This document shows positions 11,967 to 21,164 of a DNA stretch of 56,287 nucleotides, piece after piece. The stretch comes from Geobacter sp. UBA5608. GTDB taxonomy: Bacteria > Desulfobacterota > Desulfuromonadia > Geobacterales > Pseudopelobacteraceae. The notes beneath the pieces were generated by a model. That model searched no databases. It had not been told where the DNA came from and saw only the letters and a program-made list of their open reading frames with translations. The DNA lies in the NCBI GenBank assembly GCA_002424705.1, contig DIKW01000033.1:1-56287 (forward strand). Direction: 5' to 3'. Every line of letters begins with the position of its first letter. Within the stretch, counting starts at the first letter, position 1. The position numbers were made by a program, and so were the translations under genes.

Positions 11967-13034
11967 ATGTTCGATAAGATTCAAGACTTAGAGATCCGTT
12001 TTCAGGAGCTGGAGTCGCTGCTGTCCGATCCGACCGTGATCGCCAACCAGCCGGAGTTCCGCAAGCTGTCCCGTGAGCACGCCGACCTGGCCCCGCTGAT
12101 CGAGGCCTTTCGACGCTACAAAAAGGTGCTGGAAGAGCTGGACGAGAATAAGGAGTTGTTGGCTGATCCTGAGATGAAGGAGATGGCCGAGGAGGAGATC
12201 GGCCGCCTGAGTGAGGAAAAGGAGCGTCTTGACGCTGAGATCAAGATCCTGTTGCTGCCCAAGGACCCCAACGATTCCCGTGATGTGATCCTGGAGATCC
12301 GGGCCGGCACCGGTGGTGACGAGTCGGCCCTGTTTGCCGGCGACCTGTTCCGCATGTACTCCCGCTTTGCCGAGAAGAACCGCTGGAAGGTGGAGCTGCT
12401 CTCGGCCTCCGAATCGGAGCGGGGGGGCTACAAGGAAGTGATCGCCTCCATCGAGGGGCAGGACGTCTATGCCAAGCTCAAATACGAATCCGGTACGCAC
12501 CGCGTGCAGCGGGTGCCCGAGACCGAGGCCCAGGGCCGGATCCACACCTCGGCCTGCACCGTGGCGATCATGGCCGAGGCCGAGGATGTGGATATCGACA
12601 TCAACCCGGCCGACCTGAAGATCGACGTCTACCGCTCCTCCGGGGCCGGCGGCCAGCACGTCAACACCACCGATTCAGCGGTGCGGATCACCCACCTGCC
12701 CACCGGCACCGTGGTGGCCTGCCAGGAAGAACGCAGCCAGATCAAGAACCGGGCCAAGGCGATGAAGGTCCTCAAAACCCGCATCCTGGACACCATCCTG
12801 CAGGAGCAGAACGCCAAGATGGCCGCCGACCGCAAACAGCAGGTCGGTAGTGGCGACCGTTCCGAGCGGATCCGTACCTACAACTTCCCCCAGGGACGGA
12901 TGACCGATCACCGTATCGGTCTGACCCTCTACCGTCTGGATTCGATCATGGCCGGCGATATAGAAGAGATCACCGATGCCCTGCGGACCCACTATCAGAT
13001 GGAAGCGCTCCAAGCCCAAAGTGAAACCAACTGA
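11967..13034 (+). CDS. prfA: peptide chain release factor 1
   Basis: [20 protein letters not shown] (PxT), [15 protein letters not shown]. Confidence 0.99.
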   Translation: MFDKIQDLEIRFQELESLLSDPTVIANQPEFRKLSREHADLAPLIEAFRRYKKVLEELDENKELLADPEMKEMAEEEIGRLSEEKERLDAEIKILLLPKDPNDSRDVILEIRAGTGGDESALFAGDLFRMYSRFAEKNRWKVELLSASESERGGYKEVIASIEGQDVYAKLKYESGTHRVQRVPETEAQGRIHTSACTVAIMAEAEDVDIDINPADLKIDVYRSSGAGGQHVNTTDSAVRITHLPTGTVVACQEERSQIKNRAKAMKVLKTRILDTILQEQNAKMAADRKQQVGSGDRSERIRTYNFPQGRMTDHRIGLTLYRLDSIMAGDIEEITDALRTHYQMEALQAQSETN

Positions 13035-13878
13035 CGAGACCTGGACCACCCTCAAGGTCCTGACCTGGACCACCGGCTACCTTTCGGAGAAAGGGGTCGC
13101 AAACGCACGTCGCGAGGCGGAGTGGTTGTTGTGTGAAGCCACCGGGCTGGATAGGGTCGGGCTGTACCTCAATTTCGAAAAGCCGATGAACGACGAGGAG
13201 CTGTCTGCCTACCGTGGCCTGGTGGCCCGCCGTGGCAAACGGGAACCGTTGCAGCATATCCTCGGCTCTCAAGAGTTTGATGGCCTCTCCTTTGCCGTTT
13301 CGCCAGCCGTGCTGATCCCCCGCCACGATACAGAAACCCTGCTGGAACAGGCCCTCAAGCAGGCCCCCCATGCCCGCAGTATCCTCGATATCGGCACCGG
13401 TTCCGGCTGTATCGCCATCGCTCTGGCCAAGCGGCTGCCAGAGGCGGCAGTGACTGCTGTTGATCTTTCTCCCGAGGCGCTGGCTGTAGCGCAGCGTAAT
13501 GCCGAAAGCCATGCCGTTGATGTTGAGTTTTTGCTCGGTTCCTTCTTTGAGCCGCTGGCTGGCCGTCGCTTTGAGCTGATCGTCTCCAACCCCCCCTACA
13601 TCACGACTGATGATCTCAACAGACTGCAACCCGAGGTGCGTGACCATGAACCGCGGCTGGCCCTGGATGGCGGGCCGGACGGTCTGGCTGCCTACCGGGT
13701 GATCATCAGCCAGGCAGCGGCACATCTGGAGCCGAACGGTTGGCTGCTGTTTGAGGTGGGGGCCGGACAATCCGAAGATGTTGCCGCACTGCTGGTGCAG
13801 GCCGGATTTGGTGGTATCATCACCGCCAGTGACCCTGGTGGTATCGAACGGGTGGTGGGAGGTTGCCATGGAGCGTGA
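13021..13878 (+). CDS. prmC: release factor glutamine methyltransferase
   Basis: [40 protein letters not shown]; start (GTG 13021) approximate. Confidence 0.96.
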   Translation: MKPTDETWTTLKVLTWTTGYLSEKGVANARREAEWLLCEATGLDRVGLYLNFEKPMNDEELSAYRGLVARRGKREPLQHILGSQEFDGLSFAVSPAVLIPRHDTETLLEQALKQAPHARSILDIGTGSGCIAIALAKRLPEAAVTAVDLSPEALAVAQRNAESHAVDVEFLLGSFFEPLAGRRFELIVSNPPYITTDDLNRLQPEVRDHEPRLALDGGPDGLAAYRVIISQAAAHLEPNGWLLFEVGAGQSEDVAALLVQAGFGGIITASDPGGIERVVGGCHGA

Positions 13879-14419
13879 CGAGGCATTGCGGGTACTGGAG
13901 GAGGCCGATTGTCTGCTCGACCAGGCGACAGTTGATGCGGCCATCAGCAAGATGGCGGTTGAGATAACGGAGCGGATCGGCAAACTGAAGCCGTTGGTGT
14001 TCAGTGTGATGAACGGCGGCCTGATCTTCTGCGGACAACTGCTGACCCGTCTGCCGTTTCCGCTGGAAGTAGGCTATCTGCATGCCACCCGCTACGGCCG
14101 CGAGACTACCGGTGGCGATCTGGATTGGCAGGCCGTGCCGCAGCTCGAGATGGCGGGCCGTACCGTGCTGTTGGTGGATGACATCCTTGACGAAGGGGTG
14201 ACCCTCAAGGCCCTGGTGGACGAGTGCCTGGCCCGGGGTGCCCGGCAGGTGCTGACCGCCGTGCTGGTGGACAAGCTGCACGACCGCAAGGTACTGCCCG
14301 GCTACCGGGCCGACTTTACCGGCCTGGAGATCCCTGACCGCTTTGTGTTCGGCTATGGTCTGGATTATGACGGCATGTGGCGCAATGCGGCCGGCATCTA
14401 CGCCGTGAAGGGGTTGTAG
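13868..14419 (+). CDS. hpt: hypoxanthine-guanine phosphoribosyltransferase
   Basis: VMNGG, PRPP motif VLLVDDILDEGVT, FVFGYGLDY..WRN; ATG 13868 with GGAGGT RBS. Confidence 0.93.
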   Translation: MERDEALRVLEEADCLLDQATVDAAISKMAVEITERIGKLKPLVFSVMNGGLIFCGQLLTRLPFPLEVGYLHATRYGRETTGGDLDWQAVPQLEMAGRTVLLVDDILDEGVTLKALVDECLARGARQVLTAVLVDKLHDRKVLPGYRADFTGLEIPDRFVFGYGLDYDGMWRNAAGIYAVKGL

Positions 14420-14540
14420 GAACGCACTATTTCCGCAATCTCTGCGTTGTGCTTCGCTCGTGCCTGCTCAACGTACGAGCACTGTACGCCTCCGCGGCAC
14501 TCGCTCCCACGCCTTGACCTTGAGAAACTATCGCGTTCCT
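14418..14540. repeat. nested-hairpin intergenic repeat, copy B
   Basis: Terminal IR AGGAACGC/GCGTTCCT; core CTCAACGTAC-GAGCACT-GTACGCCTCCG; inner stems GTGCC/GGCAC and GTG/CAC. Confidence 0.8.
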
Positions 14541-14554
14541 CGTTAAGGATTGCT

Positions 14555-15856
14555 ATGAAAAAATTCTTTGAATTCAACCGTTATAACACCTCCTATCGTC
14601 AGGAAACCCTGGCCGGGGTCACCACCTTCCTGACCATGGCCTATATCATCGTGGTCAATCCCGCCATCCTGGCGGTGGCCGGCATCCCCAAGGAGGCCCA
14701 GGTCACGGCCACCATCCTGGCCGCCGTGATCGGCTGTCTGGTGATGGCCTTCTGGGCCAAACGCCCCTTTGCTATCGCCCCCTACATGAGCGAGAACGCC
14801 TTTGTGGCCTTTGTGGTGGTCAAGGGGATGGGCTATTCCTGGCAGGTGGCCCTGGGGGCGGTCTTTTGGGCTGGCCTGGCCTTCCTGCTGTTGACGCTGT
14901 TTAAGGTGCGCTCCTGGCTGGCGGAATCGATCCCGCTGTCGCTCAAGGCCAGTTTTGCGGTGGGGATCGGTCTGTTCCTGACCTTTATCGGCCTGAACGA
15001 GGTGGGGCTGGTGGTGTTAGGGGTGCCGGGCGCGCCGGTTCGGCTGGGCAACATCGCCCAACCCACGGTGCTGCTGGCGATGGGCGGCTTTCTGCTGACG
15101 GCGGTGCTGTTTGCCCGCCGGGTCAACGGGGCGCTTTTGTACGGCATCGGCCTCACCACCCTGGCCTCGGTGCTGCTGGGGATCACCCCGCTGCCTGACA
15201 GCCTGGTCAGCCTGCCTCCATCATTGGCGCCGATCCTGTTCAAGCTGGATATCGCCGGTACCCTGCAGCCGGGCATCTTTCCGGTGGTGCTGATGATCTT
15301 TATGATGGCCTTTCTGGATACCATCGGCACCCTGCTGGGGCTTTCGATGCGGGCCGATCTGCTGGACAAGGACGGCAACCTGCCAGAGATCGAGCGGCCG
15401 ATGCTGGCCGATGCGGTGGCCACCACCATTGCGCCGCTGTTGGGCACCACCACCACCGGGGCCTACATCGAGTCGGCCACCGGCATCGCCGCCGGCGGGC
15501 GCACCGGCTTTACCGCCCTGGTGGTGGGCGGCCTGTTTGCCCTGTCGCTCTTTTTCGCCCCGCTGTTCACCATGGTGCCGGCCCACGCCTACGGCATCGC
15601 CCTGATCGTGATCGGCGCCCTGATGATCCAACCGGTCACCCGGCTGGATTTCGACGACTTCAGTGAATTGATCCCCGCCTTCCTGACCATTGCGCTGATG
15701 ATCTTCACCTACAACATCGGCGTGGGCATGACCGCCGGTCTGCTGTCCTATCCGCTGATCAAGCTCTGCACCGGCCGGGGGCGTGAGGTCTCCAGCGGGA
15801 TGTGGGTGCTGGCGCTGCTGTCGCTGTCGTTCTTTATCTTCATGCCCAAGGGCTGA
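14555..15856 (+). CDS. NCS2/AzgA family purine nucleobase permease
   Basis: E.LAG.TTFLTMAYII.VNP, D..GT, TT..YIESA.G...GGRTG; multiple TM segments; follows hpt. Confidence 0.93.
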   Translation: MKKFFEFNRYNTSYRQETLAGVTTFLTMAYIIVVNPAILAVAGIPKEAQVTATILAAVIGCLVMAFWAKRPFAIAPYMSENAFVAFVVVKGMGYSWQVALGAVFWAGLAFLLLTLFKVRSWLAESIPLSLKASFAVGIGLFLTFIGLNEVGLVVLGVPGAPVRLGNIAQPTVLLAMGGFLLTAVLFARRVNGALLYGIGLTTLASVLLGITPLPDSLVSLPPSLAPILFKLDIAGTLQPGIFPVVLMIFMMAFLDTIGTLLGLSMRADLLDKDGNLPEIERPMLADAVATTIAPLLGTTTTGAYIESATGIAAGGRTGFTALVVGGLFALSLFFAPLFTMVPAHAYGIALIVIGALMIQPVTRLDFDDFSELIPAFLTIALMIFTYNIGVGMTAGLLSYPLIKLCTGRGREVSSGMWVLALLSLSFFIFMPKG

Positions 15857-15877
15857 ACTGGTGCAGTCTGTGGTATG

Positions 15878-15907
15878 CAAAAAAGGCGGGGATTCCCCCG
15901 CCTTTTG
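15878..15907. terminator. bidirectional intrinsic terminator
   Basis: CAAAAAAGGCGGGG-ATTC-CCCCGCCTTTTG between convergent genes. Confidence 0.85.
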
Positions 15908-15930
15908 ACGTTTGTAGAGTCGGGTCGGAT

Positions 15931-17919
15931 TTACAGGCGGAATCTGCCCACCAGCTGCTGCAGGTCCTGCGCCGTGCGGGAGAGCCCTGAGGCCGCGTCG
16001 GCGGTCTGATGGGCGCCCTTGGCAGTGTCCTGCACGACGTCGGTGATCTGATGGATGTTGCTGGATATCTCGCCGGTGACGGCGGTCTGTTCCTCGGCAG
16101 CGGTCGCTATCTGCTGCACCTGCAGGTTGACGTCGCTGATCGCTTCCAGGATCTGCTGCAGGGCATCGCCGGAACGGCGTGAACTGTCCATCCCCTTTTC
16201 CACCTCGCGAACCCCTTGCTCCATGGATGACACGGCGCCTTCAGTCTCTGCCTGAATGGCCTTGATCATCTCGCCGATCTCATGGGTGGCCTTGGTGGTG
16301 CGCTCCGCCAAGGCCCGCACCTCATCGGCCACCACAGCAAACCCCCGGCCCTGCTCCCCAGCCCGGGCCGCCTCGATGGCGGCATTTAAGGCCAGCAGAT
16401 TGGTCTGATCGGCGATATCCTCAATGGTGCCGACGATGGCGCCGATCTGGTCTGAGCGGGCCCCCAGCGATTCGACGGTGTGGGCCGACTCGCGCACCTT
16501 GTCGGCAATGGCCTGCATGCCGCAGATGGTCTCCTTGACCACAACGGCGCCGCTGTTGGCGGTCTGGGATGCGCGGTAGGCGCTGTCGGAGGCCAGGGTG
16601 CAGTTGTGGGAGATATCGTTGGAGGTGGCCGACATCTCCTCGCTGGCGGTGGCCACCGTGGCCGACTGGGCCGCCACCTCTTCGGCGGCCGTGGCGATCT
16701 GCTCGGCCGTGCCGTGTAGCTGGCTGGAGGCGGTGGCCACCTGGGTGGTGGTACCGCAGACCTGGGCGATAATGCCGTGGATGTTGGCCACAAACTGATT
16801 GAACCAGCGGGCCACCTCGCCCAGCTCATCGCGGCGGTCTTCCGCCAGCCGGCGGGTCAGGTCGCCTTCGCCCTGGGCGATGTCATGCAGCATCGTCACC
16901 AGCGTCTGCAACGGCTTGGTGATGCCGGCGATGATGGCGAAGCCAAGACCGATCGCCAGCATGCTGAAGATGACGGTAAGGGTAACACTGAAGATGAGTC
17001 CTCGTTTGGCCTGACTCGCCCTTTGTTCGGCCAGTTGCGTCAGGCTGGTGGCCAGCTTGTCTTCCAGCTCTTTGAGCAGATTGATCTTGGCGCTGATGGT
17101 GCCAAACCACTGCTCCGGGGCGATGCTGAAGCCGCTGCCGATTCCCTTGTCCAAAGCGGATCTGAGCATCTCTTCGGTCTGTTTGGTGGGCTGGGCAGTG
17201 GTCAGACGCTCTTGAAACTCTTTGACCAGCAGCGGATCGGCAAAGCGCTTGAAATTGTTCTGGCGCAGTTCCTCGGCGGCTGCAATCCGCACGACGCGCT
17301 GGTAGCTTGCGGCATCGCTGGCGTCTGCTGCCAGGATGCCATTGACCGTGGCCCGCAACTGCCCGCTGGACTCCTTCATCGCCTGGAAGGCGGTGTAGCC
17401 AAAGGCCTGGAGGGCGATGTCCGGGGCGGCGGCATTGCTGACCACGGCGTAGGCCACGTTGTGACAGGCGGCGATCAGGCCGGTGTAGTAGCCAAAGGAT
17501 TCCTTCGGTTCCATGGTCAGCGCATCCGCTGCGGCACGGATGGCCGCGATGCGCTGCAGGTCACTGGTAACGACGTCCAGTGCTGCCTTCAACGCATCGG
17601 CACGGTTTCCTTGGTCGGCAACCGTGGTCTGGAATGCTTTTAGTGCTCCGTCTACGGCCTGTCGTTGTTTGTGCAGTTCTTCCTTGAATTTTTCGCCTTT
17701 GGAGCCGAGGAAGCCGGCTGTTAGTCCCCGTTCCTTCTGCAGTTCGTGGACCAGCGCACCGCCTGAGACGGAGACCGTGATCAGTGCTTGGGTGGTGCGC
17801 ATGCTGGAAAGTGTGCGCAGATTGTCCAGCAGGTTCACGGTTGCGAAGATGATCATGCCGACGATAGGAATTGCCAGTACTAACAGCAGTTTGAGACTGA
17901 TTTTCATGTTCTTGAACAT
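15931..17919 (-). CDS. methyl-accepting chemotaxis protein with periplasmic NIT (nitrate/nitrite-sensing) domain
   Basis: TM1, LVHELQKERGLTAGFLGS..., KE..GQLRA, WF...SAKINLLKELE (NIT-like), TM2, HAMP, MCP signalling domain. Confidence 0.85.
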   Translation of the reverse strand: MFKNMKISLKLLLVLAIPIVGMIIFATVNLLDNLRTLSSMRTTQALITVSVSGGALVHELQKERGLTAGFLGSKGEKFKEELHKQRQAVDGALKAFQTTVADQGNRADALKAALDVVTSDLQRIAAIRAAADALTMEPKESFGYYTGLIAACHNVAYAVVSNAAAPDIALQAFGYTAFQAMKESSGQLRATVNGILAADASDAASYQRVVRIAAAEELRQNNFKRFADPLLVKEFQERLTTAQPTKQTEEMLRSALDKGIGSGFSIAPEQWFGTISAKINLLKELEDKLATSLTQLAEQRASQAKRGLIFSVTLTVIFSMLAIGLGFAIIAGITKPLQTLVTMLHDIAQGEGDLTRRLAEDRRDELGEVARWFNQFVANIHGIIAQVCGTTTQVATASSQLHGTAEQIATAAEEVAAQSATVATASEEMSATSNDISHNCTLASDSAYRASQTANSGAVVVKETICGMQAIADKVRESAHTVESLGARSDQIGAIVGTIEDIADQTNLLALNAAIEAARAGEQGRGFAVVADEVRALAERTTKATHEIGEMIKAIQAETEGAVSSMEQGVREVEKGMDSSRRSGDALQQILEAISDVNLQVQQIATAAEEQTAVTGEISSNIHQITDVVQDTAKGAHQTADAASGLSRTAQDLQQLVGRFRL

Positions 17920-18021
17920 CGCTCACCTCGTGGCGTCTATTTTTAATGGGACAAACTATATCGGGATGGTCCTTTATGTGAAGCAATTACATCGACCATT
18001 TGGTGCAAAAAATGAAGTTTT

Positions 18022-18035
18022 TTGACAATGGTCAA
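18022..18035. promoter_or_regulatory. FNR/CRP-family (HcpR-like) box upstream of NIT-MCP
   Basis: TTGAC-AATG-GTCAA with T/A flanks; the same motif is at 19146. Confidence 0.6.
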
Positions 18036-18040
18036 AAAAC

Positions 18041-18070
18041 AAAAACGGCGTCAGTGTTTCTGACGCCGTT
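18041..18070 (-). terminator. intrinsic terminator for bcp-ferritin-like operon
   Basis: AACGGCGTCAG-TGTTT-CTGACGCCGTT; the A-run on its left is a U-tract on the minus strand. Confidence 0.75.
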
Positions 18071-18097
18071 GATCAAGTCTTCGAGATTGCGGAGCTG

Positions 18098-18550
18098 CTA
18101 GCCTTCGGTCAGCACCTTCTCGTCGTACATCGCCTCAATCTTGCGGCGATGCCCCAACTCAACCTCGGCAAAGGCCAAGAGGGTTTTCTGCAACTTGGGG
18201 TCTTCGGTCATGCCGGCCGCAGCCTTATACAGCTGGTAGGCACTTTCCTCGGTCTTGAGCGCGTAGGCCAGGATCTCCTGATAGGACATCTGGGGATGGA
18301 ACGGCACATCTTTCAGGTATTGGCCGATGGTGGCCTCCGGCAGCTTGCAGACCTTCAATTCGTCCAGTTTGTCCGGGTCAACCTTGGCAAAGACATCCTT
18401 GTGAGCGGCTTCTTCCTGGGCCAACTCTTCAAACATCTTGCGGCTGGCAGGGCTGATGGTCAGCTCAGCGGCCCGTTTGTAGAGTTGGTAGGCGGTCTCT
18501 TCACGCTCGATGGCAAAATCGATAACTTCCTGCAGTGATATGAAGCTCAC
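18098..18550 (-). CDS. rubrerythrin/ferritin-like diiron protein (no rubredoxin domain)
   Basis: Duplicated A...EE.AY.LY...E..H half-domains (EREETAYQLY..EEAAH; KTEESAYQLY..VELGH). Confidence 0.85.
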   Translation of the reverse strand: MSFISLQEVIDFAIEREETAYQLYKRAAELTISPASRKMFEELAQEEAAHKDVFAKVDPDKLDELKVCKLPEATIGQYLKDVPFHPQMSYQEILAYALKTEESAYQLYKAAAGMTEDPKLQKTLLAFAEVELGHRRKIEAMYDEKVLTEG

Positions 18551-18565
18551 GTAACGTCCTCCTGT

Positions 18566-19036
18566 TTAGGTGCAATATTCGTCTATGTACGCCAGCACTT
18601 CGGCGGGATGCTGATCTGGCTTGGCCACCTTGGTCCAATGTTTTTTCAGGGTGCCGTCCGGCGCGATCAGGACGGTGGAGCGGATGACTCCGGAAACGGT
18701 CTTGCCGTACAGCGTCTTCTCACCATAGGCCTTGTAGGCCTTCATGACGGTTGCATTGGGGTCGGACAATAAGACCATGTTGAGTTCATGGTTGGCTATG
18801 AACTTTTGATGGGAATTGACCGAATCCTTGCTGATTCCCAGAATAAGAACGCCATGTTTGTCAAATTCTGGTTGTAGATCACGGAAACCGGTGGCCTCTT
18901 TGGTGCAACCGGAGGTGTTGTCCTTCGGGTAGAAAAACAAGAGCAGCCGTCTGCCGACGTAGTCTTCAAGGCGGTGCCGTTTGCCGTCACTTCCCTCAAG
19001 ATCGAAGCCTGGAGCAGGTTTGTCAATCAGCGGCAT
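18566..19036 (-). CDS. bcp: peroxiredoxin, BCP/PrxQ family
   Basis: FYPKDNTSGCTKEA (PxxxTxxC), GISKDS..SH.KF, RST.LI; start moved to ATG 19036 with AAGGAG RBS. Confidence 0.92.
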   Translation of the reverse strand: MPLIDKPAPGFDLEGSDGKRHRLEDYVGRRLLLFFYPKDNTSGCTKEATGFRDLQPEFDKHGVLILGISKDSVNSHQKFIANHELNMVLLSDPNATVMKAYKAYGEKTLYGKTVSGVIRSTVLIAPDGTLKKHWTKVAKPDQHPAEVLAYIDEYCT

Positions 19037-19145
19037 GACCGCGCTCCTTGTCCAACTGAGATTTGTGTTTAGTGTGTATACCAAGTACAGCAGAAAAGTC
19101 AACATCTCGTAATTTATATATATAGAAACAATGGGTTAGAAAAAT

Positions 19146-19187
19146 TTGACTTTGGTCAAACTTGGTTTATGAATATGACAGTAGTAT
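19146..19187 (+). promoter_or_regulatory. class II FNR/CRP-family-activated promoter of the octaheme nitrite reductase
   Basis: TTGAC-TTTG-GTCAA at 19146-19159 and TAGTAT -10 at 19182-19187, placing the box centre at about -41.5. Confidence 0.7.
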
Positions 19188-19385
19188 CCGCCACACTCGA
19201 GATTGTATACGGCGTTTCAGCATACTTCCCGTGCGGTGTCACGTAGATGTTGTCTGTGACTCAAGCCGGCAGCCCGCATGTCAGGGATGAGGTGCTTCAA
19301 GCTGGTAACGAGATTTTTGTCCGCAAGGTTGTTTGTAGTTACGGTTGTGCAGCTACCATTATCAACACATGAAAGGAGAATGAAC

Positions 19386-21017
19386 ATGCTGAAGCAGAGA
19401 TTAGCCCTGGCAGCAACCGTCGTCGGCTTGGGAGCTTTTGTGGCCATCCCGGTGCTGGCGGCGCCCAAGGCGAAACCGGCGGCTGCAGTGGCCAAGGATG
19501 GCCGCGAGCAGTGCTACATGTGTCACAGCGAGGTAAAGGCGCTCAAGGAGAACTCTAAACACGCCAAGTTGGCCTGTACCGTCTGTCACGACAACATCAA
19601 GGAGCATCTGGAGAAGGGGCCCGACGTCAAGCCGATCACCAAGATCGATCAGGCGGTCTGCGGCAGCTGTCACAAGGCCCAGTTCGACAGCTTCTATGCC
19701 ATACATTATCCGGAAGGCGGTTCACGCAAAGAAAAGGGTGTGCCCACCGGCCGTTCGCCGCTGCAGGATAAGCTGCTGGCCGGTCATGGCTTCACCTTTG
19801 AGCATGCCGAACCCCGTGGTCACGCCTATATGGTGGTGGATCAGTTCGCCGTGGACCGCTTCCAGGGCGGACGTTATCAGTTCAAGGGTGGCTGGAAGAA
19901 CTACGACAAGGTCGGCAAGACCTGGGACATCCTGGAGGACAAGGGGGCCAGCGGCAAGCTGACCGAGACCGCCATGGCCGGTAACCCGACCTGTATCCAG
20001 TGCAAGTCGTCCGACCTGATTCTCAAGTGGAAGCACCTGGGCGAGAAGGGCGGCAAGTGGGATCGCAGCTCCAACGTCAACGATGTGGTCAAGGATGTCC
20101 ATAACCCGGTGGGCTGTATTGAGTGTCACGACCCCCACGGCACCCAGCCGCGTATCATCCGTGATGCCCTGGTGGAGGCCATTGACCAGAATCCTTCCAA
20201 GAATATCTTTGCCAAGAATGGCAAGACCGACCTGAAGATCATCTCGTTTAGGGACGGCTTCCGCAAGATCGGCATCATGGAGAAGACCGATTCCCGCATG
20301 ATGTGCGCCCAGTGTCACGTGGAATACAACTGTAACCCCGGCACCCAGTGGAGTGATGGCAAGCCGGTTACCTTTGTCACCAACCGCACTAACCATTTCC
20401 CGCTCAAGAACGCCAAGGATCTGCTGGCCCACTATAAAGAGCTGGATTTCTTCGACTTCAAGCACGCCATTACCGGCGCCCGCCTGATCAAGCTGCAGCA
20501 CCCCGAGGCCGAGACCTATGCCGGTTCGGTGCATGACAAGGCCGGCGTCCAGTGCCACCAGTGCCATATGCCCAAGCTGAAAGGCAAGGACGGCAAGCCG
20601 TACTCCACCCACGGTGTGGTCAAGCCGATCAATATGGTCAAGGAGTCTTGCATCACCTGCCACCCCGGCGATAGCGCTGAGAAGAAAAAGTGGCAGATTG
20701 ACACCATCCGCAACTACACCAAGGGCAAGATGCGTAAGGCAGAGTACTGGCTGGGGCAGTTGATCGACACCTACCAGACTGCCGCCCGTGCCGGCGTGGC
20801 TCCCACCATCCTGGATCAGGCCCGCGCCAAGCATGAAGAAGCCCATGTGCTGTGGGAGTACTGGACCGCCGAGAACTCGGACGGTTTCCATAACCCGACC
20901 CTGGCCCGTGAAACCCTGACCGCCTCCATCGCCGCTTCTAAGGCGGGTGTGAAGGTGCTGAACGATGCGCTGACGGCTGCCAAGCAGCCGGAGAAAAAAG
21001 ATGAAGTGAAGAAGTAG
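19386..21017 (+). CDS. octaheme cytochrome c nitrite reductase (ONR/TvNiR-type, ammonia-forming)
   Basis: Signal peptide; 7 CxxCH (CYMCH, CTVCH, CGSCH, CIECH, CAQCH, CHQCH, CITCH) plus CIQCK; EPRGH, CHVEY, KLQHPE, AENSDGFHNP motifs; start at ATG 19386 by AAGGAG spacing. Confidence 0.92.
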   Translation: MLKQRLALAATVVGLGAFVAIPVLAAPKAKPAAAVAKDGREQCYMCHSEVKALKENSKHAKLACTVCHDNIKEHLEKGPDVKPITKIDQAVCGSCHKAQFDSFYAIHYPEGGSRKEKGVPTGRSPLQDKLLAGHGFTFEHAEPRGHAYMVVDQFAVDRFQGGRYQFKGGWKNYDKVGKTWDILEDKGASGKLTETAMAGNPTCIQCKSSDLILKWKHLGEKGGKWDRSSNVNDVVKDVHNPVGCIECHDPHGTQPRIIRDALVEAIDQNPSKNIFAKNGKTDLKIISFRDGFRKIGIMEKTDSRMMCAQCHVEYNCNPGTQWSDGKPVTFVTNRTNHFPLKNAKDLLAHYKELDFFDFKHAITGARLIKLQHPEAETYAGSVHDKAGVQCHQCHMPKLKGKDGKPYSTHGVVKPINMVKESCITCHPGDSAEKKKWQIDTIRNYTKGKMRKAEYWLGQLIDTYQTAARAGVAPTILDQARAKHEEAHVLWEYWTAENSDGFHNPTLARETLTASIAASKAGVKVLNDALTAAKQPEKKDEVKK

Positions 21018-21040
21018 CGCTGCAATGGCGCTATGGCATC

Positions 21041-21070
21041 AAAAGCCCCGGCCGACTGGCCGGGGCTTTT
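21041..21070. terminator. intrinsic terminator after nitrite reductase
   Basis: AAAAGCCCCGGCC-GACT-GGCCGGGGCTTTT. Confidence 0.9.
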
Positions 21071-21164
21071 GTATAAAACGGCTGGATTGAGCTCTGGCGC
21101 GGCTTGACAAGCACAAAAGCTGTGGAACAATACTGGCAGCAGCTACTCCATCAGGGGTCATCCC

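Noticed and set aside
14447-14554. N-terminal extensions in the ORF track (permease from 14447, thyX 10308, ONR 19278, bcp 19105, helicase 30000, MuiA-like 48902, hisG 50905, 49753-50142)
   Set aside because: The extensions run through repeats, promoters or neighbouring genes; downstream starts fit family N-termini and mostly have an RBS.
19386-21017. Calling this gene canonical pentaheme nrfA
   Set aside because: It has eight heme motifs, three preceding CxxCK, which fits the octaheme family, so no symbol was given.
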